DNA of 49,450 nucleotides from Collinsella sp. (GTDB lineage Bacteria; Actinomycetota; Coriobacteriia; Coriobacteriales; Coriobacteriaceae). The position numbers and the translations under genes are program-made. The notes under the pieces were generated by a model. That model made no database searches. It saw nothing but the letters and a program-made list of their open reading frames with translations, and was not told where the DNA came from. The stretch covers positions 1-49,450 of the forward strand of contig JAIHVJ010000001.1 of the NCBI GenBank assembly GCA_022720335.1, read 5' to 3'. This document shows positions 41,964 through 49,450 of this stretch, piece by piece (the first letter of the stretch is position 1; every line of letters starts with the position of its first letter).

Positions 41964-41997
41964 TCACCCCATGCCCTCACAACCTCGGCGCATAAAA

Positions 41998-42028
41998 AAC
42001 GAGGGAAGGCACGCGTCCTTCCCTCGTT
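41998..42028 (-). terminator. Terminator of aspS
   Basis: AACGAGGGAAGG / CCTTCCCTCGTT stem with T-run on the minus strand. Confidence 0.7.
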
Positions 42029-42051
42029 GTGGGCATTATGTAGCCGCTCGC

Positions 42052-43839
42052 CTACATCAGGCGCAGGCTGACGTCCTTGAGCTGGGCGCCGGAAACGGCA
42101 CTCGGGGCGCCCGACATAAGGTCGGAGCCGCTGGCCGTCTTGGGGAACGCCATGACGTCGCGGATGGAGTCGGAACCGGTGAGCAGCATGCACACGCGGT
42201 CCAGGCCCAGAGCGAAACCGCCCATCGGGGGCGCACCAAACTTGAGGGCCTCCATGAGGAAGCCGAACTGAGACTCGGCGCGCTCCTCGGTAAAGCCCAG
42301 GAGCTTGAGCATGGACATCTGCATCTCGGCGTTGTGGATACGCATACCGCCGCCGCCGGCCTCAAAGCCGTCCATGACAAAGTCGTAGGTGCAAGAACCG
42401 GCTGCCAACGGGTCGGCCTCGATCTTAGCGATGTCGGTCTCGGTCGGCAGGGTGAAGGGCTGATGCTCGGCGGCATAGGCCTTGCGGTCCTCATCCCAGT
42501 GGAACAGCGGGAAGTTGACGACCCACAGGAAGTCGTGGCCCTCGCGCTTGATCTCAAGCGCGTTGGCCATGTGGGAACGCATGCCACCCAGGATCTCGTC
42601 GGAAAGCAGGCGCGGGCCGGCGGCGAACATCACAAGGTCGCCGGGCTCGACATCCATGCGCTCGCGCAGAGCCGCCATCTCCTCGTCCGAGAAGAACTTG
42701 ACGATGGGGCTGTTGATGGAGCCGTCCTCGCGGAAAGCGATCCACGCCAGACCCTTGGCGCCAAACGTGGAGGCCACGCCGGCAAGCTTATCGATCTTGG
42801 CACGTGCCCAGGCACCGGCGCCCTTGGCGTTGATGGCCTTGACGACAGAGCCCTCCTCATTTGCGGCGGTCGCAAAGACCTTGAACTTGGAGTTGGCAAA
42901 GATGTCGGTCAGGTCGACCAGGTGCATGCCATAGCGGGTATCGGGCTTGTCGGAGCCATAGGTGTCCATGGCATCCCAGTAGTTCATGCGACGCAGCGGC
43001 GTGGGCATCTCGACACCCATGCGACCGAAGGCATCGGCAAGAACCTCTTCGAGCGCGCTCATGACATCGTTCTGGTCCACGAAGGACATCTCGATATCGA
43101 CCTGGGTGAACTCGGGCTGACGGTCGGCACGCAGGTCCTCGTCGCGGAAGCACTTGGCAACCTGGTAGTAGCGCTCGACGCCACCGACCATGAGCAGCTG
43201 CTTCAGAAGCTGCGGGGACTGCGGCAGGGCGTAGAAGTTGCCCGGCTGGATGCGGCTGGGGACGATGAAGTCGCGGGCGCCCTCGGGCGTGGACTTGAAC
43301 AGGGAGGGCGTCTCGACCTCCATGAACTCACGGTTGTGCAGCGCCTCGCGAATGGCAAAGGTAAAGTCGGAGCGCAGCTTGAGGTTGGCCATCATCTCGG
43401 GACGACGGAGGTCAAGATAGCGATAGCGCAGACGGGTGTCCTCGCTGGTCTCGATGCCGTCCTCGATCTGGAACGGCGGGGTGACAGACGTGTTGAGCAC
43501 CTCGGCGTGGTCGGTCAGGACCTCGATCTCGCCGGTCGCGAGCTTAGTGTTGGTGGTCTCCTCGCCACGGGCGCGCACGACGCCGTGGATCTTGATGGGC
43601 CACTCGGGGCGCATGGTCTCGGCGATCTTAAAGGCATCGCCGTCGGAGTGCTCGGGGTCGAAGGTGAGCTGTGTGATGCCCTCGCGGTCGCGAAGGTCGC
43701 AGAAAATAAGGCCGCCGTGGTCGCGGCGACGGCTCACCCAACCGGTGAGGGTGACCTCTTCGCCCACGTTCTCGCGGCGAAGCTCGCCGCAGGTACGGGT
43801 GTGCATGGAATGCTCGTCGATGGGACGGGTCTGGCTCAT
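42052..43839 (-). CDS. aspS: Aspartyl-tRNA synthetase
   Basis: RRDHGGLIF, RYRYLDLRR, TPEGARDF, ALPQSPQ, FRDEDLRADRQPEFTQ, GLDR. Confidence 0.97.
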   Translation of the reverse strand: MSQTRPIDEHSMHTRTCGELRRENVGEEVTLTGWVSRRRDHGGLIFCDLRDREGITQLTFDPEHSDGDAFKIAETMRPEWPIKIHGVVRARGEETTNTKLATGEIEVLTDHAEVLNTSVTPPFQIEDGIETSEDTRLRYRYLDLRRPEMMANLKLRSDFTFAIREALHNREFMEVETPSLFKSTPEGARDFIVPSRIQPGNFYALPQSPQLLKQLLMVGGVERYYQVAKCFRDEDLRADRQPEFTQVDIEMSFVDQNDVMSALEEVLADAFGRMGVEMPTPLRRMNYWDAMDTYGSDKPDTRYGMHLVDLTDIFANSKFKVFATAANEEGSVVKAINAKGAGAWARAKIDKLAGVASTFGAKGLAWIAFREDGSINSPIVKFFSDEEMAALRERMDVEPGDLVMFAAGPRLLSDEILGGMRSHMANALEIKREGHDFLWVVNFPLFHWDEDRKAYAAEHQPFTLPTETDIAKIEADPLAAGSCTYDFVMDGFEAGGGGMRIHNAEMQMSMLKLLGFTEERAESQFGFLMEALKFGAPPMGGFALGLDRVCMLLTGSDSIRDVMAFPKTASGSDLMSGAPSAVSGAQLKDVSLRLM

Positions 43840-44095
43840 ACCAGTGATCCTCCTTTATGGATCTGTGCCGCCCCGTGTCGTTCCGGGCGGCGTCGTACAG
43901 ATTTGCCCAGCCTGCGTAAACCGCGCAGCCGGACATGGCGTTCTATCTTATCGCACCCGCGTCGATGTGCCGCGAAAAAGTAGTTCTCGCCCAAAGACTT
44001 GACGGAGACGAAACAATTGACGCAGCCTGGCCGTCGCCAAGGCGCGCCGCGTGCGACAATGTGCCCCAATACAACTGCACTCGGAAAGGCCCGCC

Positions 44096-44731
44096 ATGAC
44101 TGCACGCCTCATCGTTATGGATATCGACTCCACGCTCATCAACCAGGAGGCCATCGACCTGTTGGGCGAGGAGGCCGGCGTAGGCGAGCAAGTGGCGAAG
44201 ATCACTGAGCGCGCCATGCGCGGCGAACTGGACTTTAAGCAGGCACTCGAGGAGCGCGTGGGGCTGCTTGCCGGCTTGGATGAGAGCGTGTTCGAGCGCA
44301 CCTTTGAGCGCGTGACGTTTACCCCCGGCGCGCTGGAGCTTGTGCGCTCGGCGCACAGCAAGGGCTGGAAGGTCGGCGTGGTAAGCGGCGGCTTCCACGA
44401 GGTCGCCGATAAGATCGTGGCCGCCGCGGGTATCGACTTTTGCCTGGCTAACCGCCTGGAGGTCGTGGACGGCAAACTCACCGGTAAGCTGGCGGCAGAC
44501 ATCGTGACCAAGGAGTCCAAGCTCATCCAGCTGCTGGATTGGGCAGTTGAGTGCGGTGTCGATATGGCCCATACCGTCGCGATCGGCGACGGCGCCAACG
44601 ACATCCCCATGATTCAGGCCGCGGGCACGGGCATCGCGTTTTGTGCCAAGCCCAAGACGCGCGAAGCCGCCCCGTTTGCCATCAACGAGCGCAACCTGAT
44701 GCTCGCCATGGACATCATCCTGCGTGACTAG
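44096..44731 (+). CDS. serB: Phosphoserine phosphatase (HAD family)
   Basis: MDIDSTL, ITERAMRGELDF, VSGGF, IGDGANDIPM. Confidence 0.9.
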   Translation: MTARLIVMDIDSTLINQEAIDLLGEEAGVGEQVAKITERAMRGELDFKQALEERVGLLAGLDESVFERTFERVTFTPGALELVRSAHSKGWKVGVVSGGFHEVADKIVAAAGIDFCLANRLEVVDGKLTGKLAADIVTKESKLIQLLDWAVECGVDMAHTVAIGDGANDIPMIQAAGTGIAFCAKPKTREAAPFAINERNLMLAMDIILRD

Positions 44732-44767
44732 TCGATCCGTCTAACAATTGAATCAGTCTGTCCTATA

Positions 44768-44801
44768 GTTTCCGAACAATTTTGTCTTAGTGTTCGGAAA
44801 C
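44768..44801. promoter_or_regulatory. Palindromic operator candidate upstream of larB
   Basis: GTTTCCGAACA-N12-TGTTCGGAAAC. Confidence 0.55.
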
Positions 44802-44845
44802 ATACCCTTTGAGTGCTAGACTTTGCGCCGTCGAAGGGAACATAT

Positions 44846-45628
44846 ATGGATAAGCGAGATCTTGAGCAATTGCTGAGCGATGTTGCCGACGGAGCAGTCG
44901 CCCCGGCAGTCGCCCTCACGCGCATCCAGACGGCGCCAACTGCCGATCTGGGTTTTGCGCAGCTCGATCTTTCGCGCGGGGTGCGCCAGGGAGCCGGCGA
45001 GGTTGTCTACGGTGCCGGTAAAACCGCCGAGCAGATTGCCGCCATTATCGAAGCACTGCGCGATGCCGGCCAGGAGCGCATCCTGGTCACGCGCCTGGAT
45101 GCCGAAAAAGCCGCTCGCACCGCTGAGCTTCTCGGCAACGGCATTGACCTGGGATATGTCCCGAACGCACAGCTCGCCCTCGTGGGCGGCAAGCCCTCCC
45201 CTACCGGCAACGGACGCATCGTCGTCGCCTGCGCCGGCACGAGCGACTTGCCCGTCGCCGAGGAAGCCGCGTTGACGGCCGAATTCTATGGCAACGAGGT
45301 CGACCGCCTCTACGACGTGGGTGTCGCCGGCCTGCACCGCCTGCTCGCGCATGCCGAGGAACTTGCGCAGGCGCAGGTGATCATTGCCGTCGCCGGCATG
45401 GAGGGCGCGTTGGCGAGCGTTATCGGCGGCCTGGTGAGCTGTCCGGTCATCGCCGTTCCCACCAGCGTGGGCTACGGCGCAAGCTTTGGTGGCGTAGCCG
45501 CGCTGCTCGCCATGCTCAACTCCTGTGCCAGCGGCGTTTCGGTCGTCAATATCGACAACGGCTTTGGTGCCGCCTACCAGGCAAGTCTTATCAATCATCT
45601 GAGCGCCGGCACATCCCGCGCCCGATAA
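44846..45628 (+). CDS. larB: Nickel-pincer cofactor biosynthesis protein LarB
   Basis: GEVVYGAGKT, AGTSDLPVAEEA, DVGVAGLHRL, VAGMEGAL, PTSVGYG, VVNIDNGFGAA. Confidence 0.93.
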   Translation: MDKRDLEQLLSDVADGAVAPAVALTRIQTAPTADLGFAQLDLSRGVRQGAGEVVYGAGKTAEQIAAIIEALRDAGQERILVTRLDAEKAARTAELLGNGIDLGYVPNAQLALVGGKPSPTGNGRIVVACAGTSDLPVAEEAALTAEFYGNEVDRLYDVGVAGLHRLLAHAEELAQAQVIIAVAGMEGALASVIGGLVSCPVIAVPTSVGYGASFGGVAALLAMLNSCASGVSVVNIDNGFGAAYQASLINHLSAGTSRAR

Positions 45629-45638
45629 GGAGCATTCC

Positions 45639-46550
45639 ATGTCCAACCATCAGCACACGCTTATCATCGACGGTACCTCGGGCATCAGCGGCGATATGAC
45701 CGTCGCGGCCCTGCTCGACCTGGGCGCCAGCGAGGAGCACCTGCGCGAACAGCTCGCCACGCTGCCGGTCGACGGCTTTACGATCGCCGTCACGCGCGTA
45801 AACAAGCATGGCATCGACGCCTGCGATTTCGACGTTCAGCTGGCAGAAGAGCTCGAGAACCACGACCACGACATGGCATGGCTCTACGGCAACGAAGCAG
45901 CTGCCGAGCACACGCACGAGCACGAGCACCACCATCATGACCATGACGAGCATGAGCACTGCCATGAGCATGATCATGAGACCCACGGCCATGGCCACGA
46001 GGGTCACCATCACGCCCACCACCATCACCACCGTTCTTTGGCGGACGTCACCGCTATCATCGACGGCTCGCAGCTAAGCGATGGCGCCAAGCGCCGTGCG
46101 CTCGCCATCTTTACCGCGCTCGCCGCCGCCGAGGCAAAGGCCCACGGCAAAAAGCCCGAGACCGTCATGTTCCACGAGGTAGGCGCCGTCGATTCCATCG
46201 TCGACGTCTGCTCTGTCGCCATCTGCCTCGATGACCTAGGTATTGAGGACATCGTGGTCGAGTCGCTCTCCGAAGGCCACGGAACCATTCGCTGCGCCCA
46301 CGGCCTTATGCCCATTCCCGTCCCCGCTGTCGTCAACCTGTGCCAGGCGGGCAATATCGCCCTCACGCCCGCACCGGTCGCTGGCGAGCTCGTGACGCCC
46401 ACGGGCGCCGCCATCGTCACCGCGCTGCGCACGTCCGAGCACCTGCCGGCACGCTACCACATCGAAGCCGTCGGCTACGGCGCCGGCAAGCGCCCCTACG
46501 AGGGTTGCTCCGGCACGCTCCGTTGTCTACTCGTTCACGTGGATGCATAG
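45639..46550 (+). CDS. larC: Nickel insertion protein LarC, N-terminal (LarC1-like) part only
   Basis: SGISGDM, His-rich tract, AEAKAHG..FHEVGAVDSIVD, GELVTPTGAAI, GYGAG; ends before the LarC2 domain. Confidence 0.88.
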   Translation: MSNHQHTLIIDGTSGISGDMTVAALLDLGASEEHLREQLATLPVDGFTIAVTRVNKHGIDACDFDVQLAEELENHDHDMAWLYGNEAAAEHTHEHEHHHHDHDEHEHCHEHDHETHGHGHEGHHHAHHHHHRSLADVTAIIDGSQLSDGAKRRALAIFTALAAAEAKAHGKKPETVMFHEVGAVDSIVDVCSVAICLDDLGIEDIVVESLSEGHGTIRCAHGLMPIPVPAVVNLCQAGNIALTPAPVAGELVTPTGAAIVTALRTSEHLPARYHIEAVGYGAGKRPYEGCSGTLRCLLVHVDA

Positions 46551-46552
46551 CC

Positions 46553-47092
46553 ATGGATGCCCGCAAAGAAAAAAGCCGCGCTGCCATCGTTGCAGCGTTC
46601 TCCGAGCTGCTACGCGAAGAGGATTACGGCAAGATTACCGTCGGCGACATCATCGCTCGTGCCCATGTTGGTCGGGCCACATTCTACGGCCTCTTTAAGA
46701 GCAAAGACGACCTACTGTCCGAGCTCGTGAGCGACATCTGCGCCCACGCCCTCGACGACGATGGTACGCCGCTCGACGACCCACTCGTGCAAGTCGAGCA
46801 TATCCTCAACAACCTCTGGGAACGCCGTCAGGGCGTTCGAGCCCTCGTAGCCGGAGCCGGCTCGCGCGTCTTCGCCGACTGTCTCCGCAAGACCATCATG
46901 TCACGAGCAGCCGAAACCGTCCCTACCGACCCAAACGGCCCCGCCGCCACCATGGACCGAAGCTTCCTACTACACCACATAGCCTCAAGCTTCGTAGGAA
47001 TGGTCCAATGGTGGGCCTGGCACAACTTCCAAGCAGATAAGGCCGAAGTAGCCAAAGACTACCTATCAGCCATAAAGCCCCTCTTCACCTAA
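46553..47092 (+). CDS. TetR/AcrR-family regulator
   Basis: MDARKEKSRAAI..ITVGDIIARAHVGRATFY HTH; ATG 2 nt after the larC stop. Confidence 0.88.
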   Translation: MDARKEKSRAAIVAAFSELLREEDYGKITVGDIIARAHVGRATFYGLFKSKDDLLSELVSDICAHALDDDGTPLDDPLVQVEHILNNLWERRQGVRALVAGAGSRVFADCLRKTIMSRAAETVPTDPNGPAATMDRSFLLHHIASSFVGMVQWWAWHNFQADKAEVAKDYLSAIKPLFT

Positions 47093-47260
47093 ACACCCCA
47101 TCCCATTCCAAGGCGGCGCCCCTTCCCAAAGCACCGCCCTCATCTCAAAGCACCCAACAGCCAAGCGCCCACCACATCCAAATTCAGATATATATGTGGG
47201 TTGCTTGTTCGAACGCAACAAAGACCCCATGCGGTCAGCGGACAACTATGTAGCCTTTGA

Positions 47261-47992
47261 CTAGAACATGCCCAAGAAACCGTGCACAAACAGTGCGGCC
47301 AGAGCGGCACCGATAAACGGTGCGATGCCAGGAACAAGCAGGCCATACTTCCAGTTGTTGTCGGCCTTGTTCTTGATCGGCAGTACCTGGTAAGCCATGC
47401 GAGGACCAAGGTCACGAGCCTGGTTCATGGCGAAGCCGGTGATACCGCCCATGCCCATGCCAACGGCCCAAACGATCAGACCGACGCAGATGGCGAGCAT
47501 CAAAACGTTCTCGCCAGCGCGGCTAGCGGCAGCAAGGATGGCGCTGATGAACACGAAGGTGCAGATGGCCTCACAGAAGAAGTTGCGGGCATAGTTCGTG
47601 CCCTCGGTGGTGGGGTTGGTCGAGAAGATGTTGCGCTGGGCAATGGGGTCGACGACGCCCTCGGAAGCCTTGAACTCATCGGCATACATCAACCAAGCGA
47701 TTACGGCGCCCACAAAGCCGCCGAGCATATCGGCAAGCATGAAGGGGATGCAGCTGCTCCACGGCACCAGGCCTACGATGCACTGGGCAAGCACCATGGC
47801 GGGGTTCATGCACACGGCGCCGCCAAAGACAAACAGGCAGACCGAGATGCCAAAAGACCAGGTGGTGATGGCAAACATGTGACCGGAGCCCTGATACTTG
47901 GTGCCCTTGAGCACGGTATCGCAGTGTACGCCCACGCCAAAGATGATCATGAGGGCCGTTGCGCCGAATTCGCAGAGGAGTTTGGTAAGCAT
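47261..47992 (-). CDS. MIP/aquaglyceroporin (LarD/GlpF-like channel)
   Basis: NPA and NQARDLGPR motifs, 6 TM helices; downstream of larA. Confidence 0.88.
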   Translation of the reverse strand: MLTKLLCEFGATALMIIFGVGVHCDTVLKGTKYQGSGHMFAITTWSFGISVCLFVFGGAVCMNPAMVLAQCIVGLVPWSSCIPFMLADMLGGFVGAVIAWLMYADEFKASEGVVDPIAQRNIFSTNPTTEGTNYARNFFCEAICTFVFISAILAAASRAGENVLMLAICVGLIVWAVGMGMGGITGFAMNQARDLGPRMAYQVLPIKNKADNNWKYGLLVPGIAPFIGAALAALFVHGFLGMF

Positions 47993-48041
47993 AAAACCTT
48001 ATCTTTCTTGTCGGTTATAAACGATTCGTTTAGGCCGCGTA

Positions 48042-49319
48042 CTAGTGCTGCGCGACGACAACGCCCAGGCCATCGGGAATGACGGCCACCTTGGCATCGG
48101 CACCCTTCATCTCAAAGGCGAGCTTGAGCGCCTCATCGAGAGTGTTGACCGGCGTCATGTGCATATCCTTGATCATCTGGTGATTGCACAGATCGGTAAC
48201 CATGATCACAGGGTGATGCGCCAGGATGCGGGCAAAGATCTGGCTCGTCCACTGGTCGGGCAGGGTCTCGTCCTTGGGACGATCGATGCAGGCACGCTCA
48301 AACTCCGCCGGATCGTTGTCGGCGATGTTGTGATAGAAGCCCTCGCCACCGTGGCCGTCGGCACAACCGGCGACGTCGATGATCACGCCGCCCTCGGGAA
48401 GCGTAGCCTCGGCAGAGCACATGCCCTTCACGGCCTGATAGATGTTCTGGTCGAGCGGGTAGCCGCCGTTGGTGGTGATGGCGATCTCGCACTCGACGGG
48501 CTCAACGCCGGCAAGGCTCTTCACGAACTCGCAGCCAGCCTCGTGTGCCTTATGGATGTCGCCTGCAAAGGAGCCGATAACCTCGTGCTTGCCGTTGAGC
48601 ACCACATTAAGCACAAAGGCAAGGTGAGCCATCTCGGCAGCGGCAAACATGTCCTCGCTCACGTGGTTGTGGCACAGGTTGCCGGCACGCGAATGGGAAT
48701 CGTTCACAAACTGACCGTTGTGGTTGTACATGATGGTCTTGTAGCTGGCGATGCCAGGCAGGACGGACTTGCGGCTACCAGAGAAACCGGCAAAGAAGTG
48801 CGGCTCAATAAAGCCCTCGGCAAGCAGCAGATCGCAATCGGCAGCAATCTTGTTGATGATGCACTCGCCACCAGAAGGCAGGGTGCCGATCTTTTTCATC
48901 ATGCTGTCGTCAGTCGCGACGTGCATAACGATTTCCTCGTTGGCAACGATCTCCTCGCCGTACTTGTTGACGAGCTCCTCGTGCGTCGACGGACGATGCA
49001 TACCCGTAGCAACCAAAATACGCACTCGAGCCTCGGGCGCAGCGGAATGGATGTGATGCAGCAGAATAGGCATCGTCACACGCGAGGGAACGGGGCGCGT
49101 ATGATCGGAGCTAATAATGACGATATCCTTCTTGCCAGCACAAAGCTCCTCGAGCGAAGGCGAACCATAAGGGTTGGCAAGCGACTCCTCTACCAGCTCT
49201 TCCTGCGATTTTGTAGTCTTAAACTCGTTTTGATGACCTTCCATCACACCCGCGAAGTTCTTATCCTCGAGCTCCAGATGCAACGTCTTGTGGTCAAACG
49301 GCAGTTCACATTCAAACAA
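48042..49319 (-). CDS. larA: Nickel-pincer-dependent lactate racemase family protein
   Basis: SDHTRP, ATGMHR, EPHFFAGFSGSRKS, GGYPLDQNIYQAVKG; probable TTG start at 49319 after an AAAGGA RBS. Confidence 0.9.
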   Translation of the reverse strand: MFECELPFDHKTLHLELEDKNFAGVMEGHQNEFKTTKSQEELVEESLANPYGSPSLEELCAGKKDIVIISSDHTRPVPSRVTMPILLHHIHSAAPEARVRILVATGMHRPSTHEELVNKYGEEIVANEEIVMHVATDDSMMKKIGTLPSGGECIINKIAADCDLLLAEGFIEPHFFAGFSGSRKSVLPGIASYKTIMYNHNGQFVNDSHSRAGNLCHNHVSEDMFAAAEMAHLAFVLNVVLNGKHEVIGSFAGDIHKAHEAGCEFVKSLAGVEPVECEIAITTNGGYPLDQNIYQAVKGMCSAEATLPEGGVIIDVAGCADGHGGEGFYHNIADNDPAEFERACIDRPKDETLPDQWTSQIFARILAHHPVIMVTDLCNHQMIKDMHMTPVNTLDEALKLAFEMKGADAKVAVIPDGLGVVVAQH

Positions 49320-49450
49320 TGACGAGCGCCCTCTTCCTTTCAACTGACACACTAGATAAACCGTTGGAAGGATACGCCGCTCACCGAAAACCACCACCGT
49401 CCACCGACTCATTAACACAACGTTCATATTTGACCCACAACAAAACGGCC

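Noticed and set aside
43840..44095. T-box riboswitch upstream of aspS
   Set aside because: No GGTGGNACC T-box motif or antiterminator on the minus strand; only a small GC-rich hairpin.
45860..46035. CAY/GAG-rich low-complexity repeat
   Set aside because: Encodes the expected His-rich nickel-binding tract of LarC.
46500..46560. Programmed frameshift from larC1 into a larC2
   Set aside because: The downstream sequence encodes a TetR regulator, not a LarC2 domain.

Overview
GC-rich chromosomal segment of an anaerobic gut actinobacterium (Coriobacteriia, Collinsella-like; inferred from gene content and codon style). From left to right: an AT-richer island encoding a 5'-truncated papain-fold cysteine peptidase and a lipoprotein; core genes ligA, htrA, a glnR-like regulator and glnA; a ~23 kb mosaic hexuronate/unsaturated-uronate catabolic region (two LacI regulators, kdgK, eda, GntR, HIT, YczE-like, DhuD/DhuI-like, uxaC-GPH transporter-uxaB-uxaA) interrupted by an AAA-ATPase/Schlafen(AlbA_2) pair, a RelB-MNT/HEPN toxin-antitoxin module and two flavin oxidoreductases; a feoAAB iron-uptake operon; an HPr paralogue with Asp at position 46; an ebgA-ebgC-APC permease operon with its LacI; aspS; serB; and a lactate-racemase-type (lar) cluster. 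The most novel-looking signals are non-coding. They are (i) a twice-present promoter-operator-hairpin leader with covarying stems and an invariant CACCCUAC loop, (ii) a second twice-present structured element with an invariant AGCAGUGCCUCCGAUAA core, (iii) four exactly 67-bp palindromic repeats, (iv) a 62-bp-period hairpin array and (v) two ~200-230 bp MITE-like elements. No rRNA, tRNA, CRISPR array or transposase gene was recognised. All calls were made by eye, without database searches.
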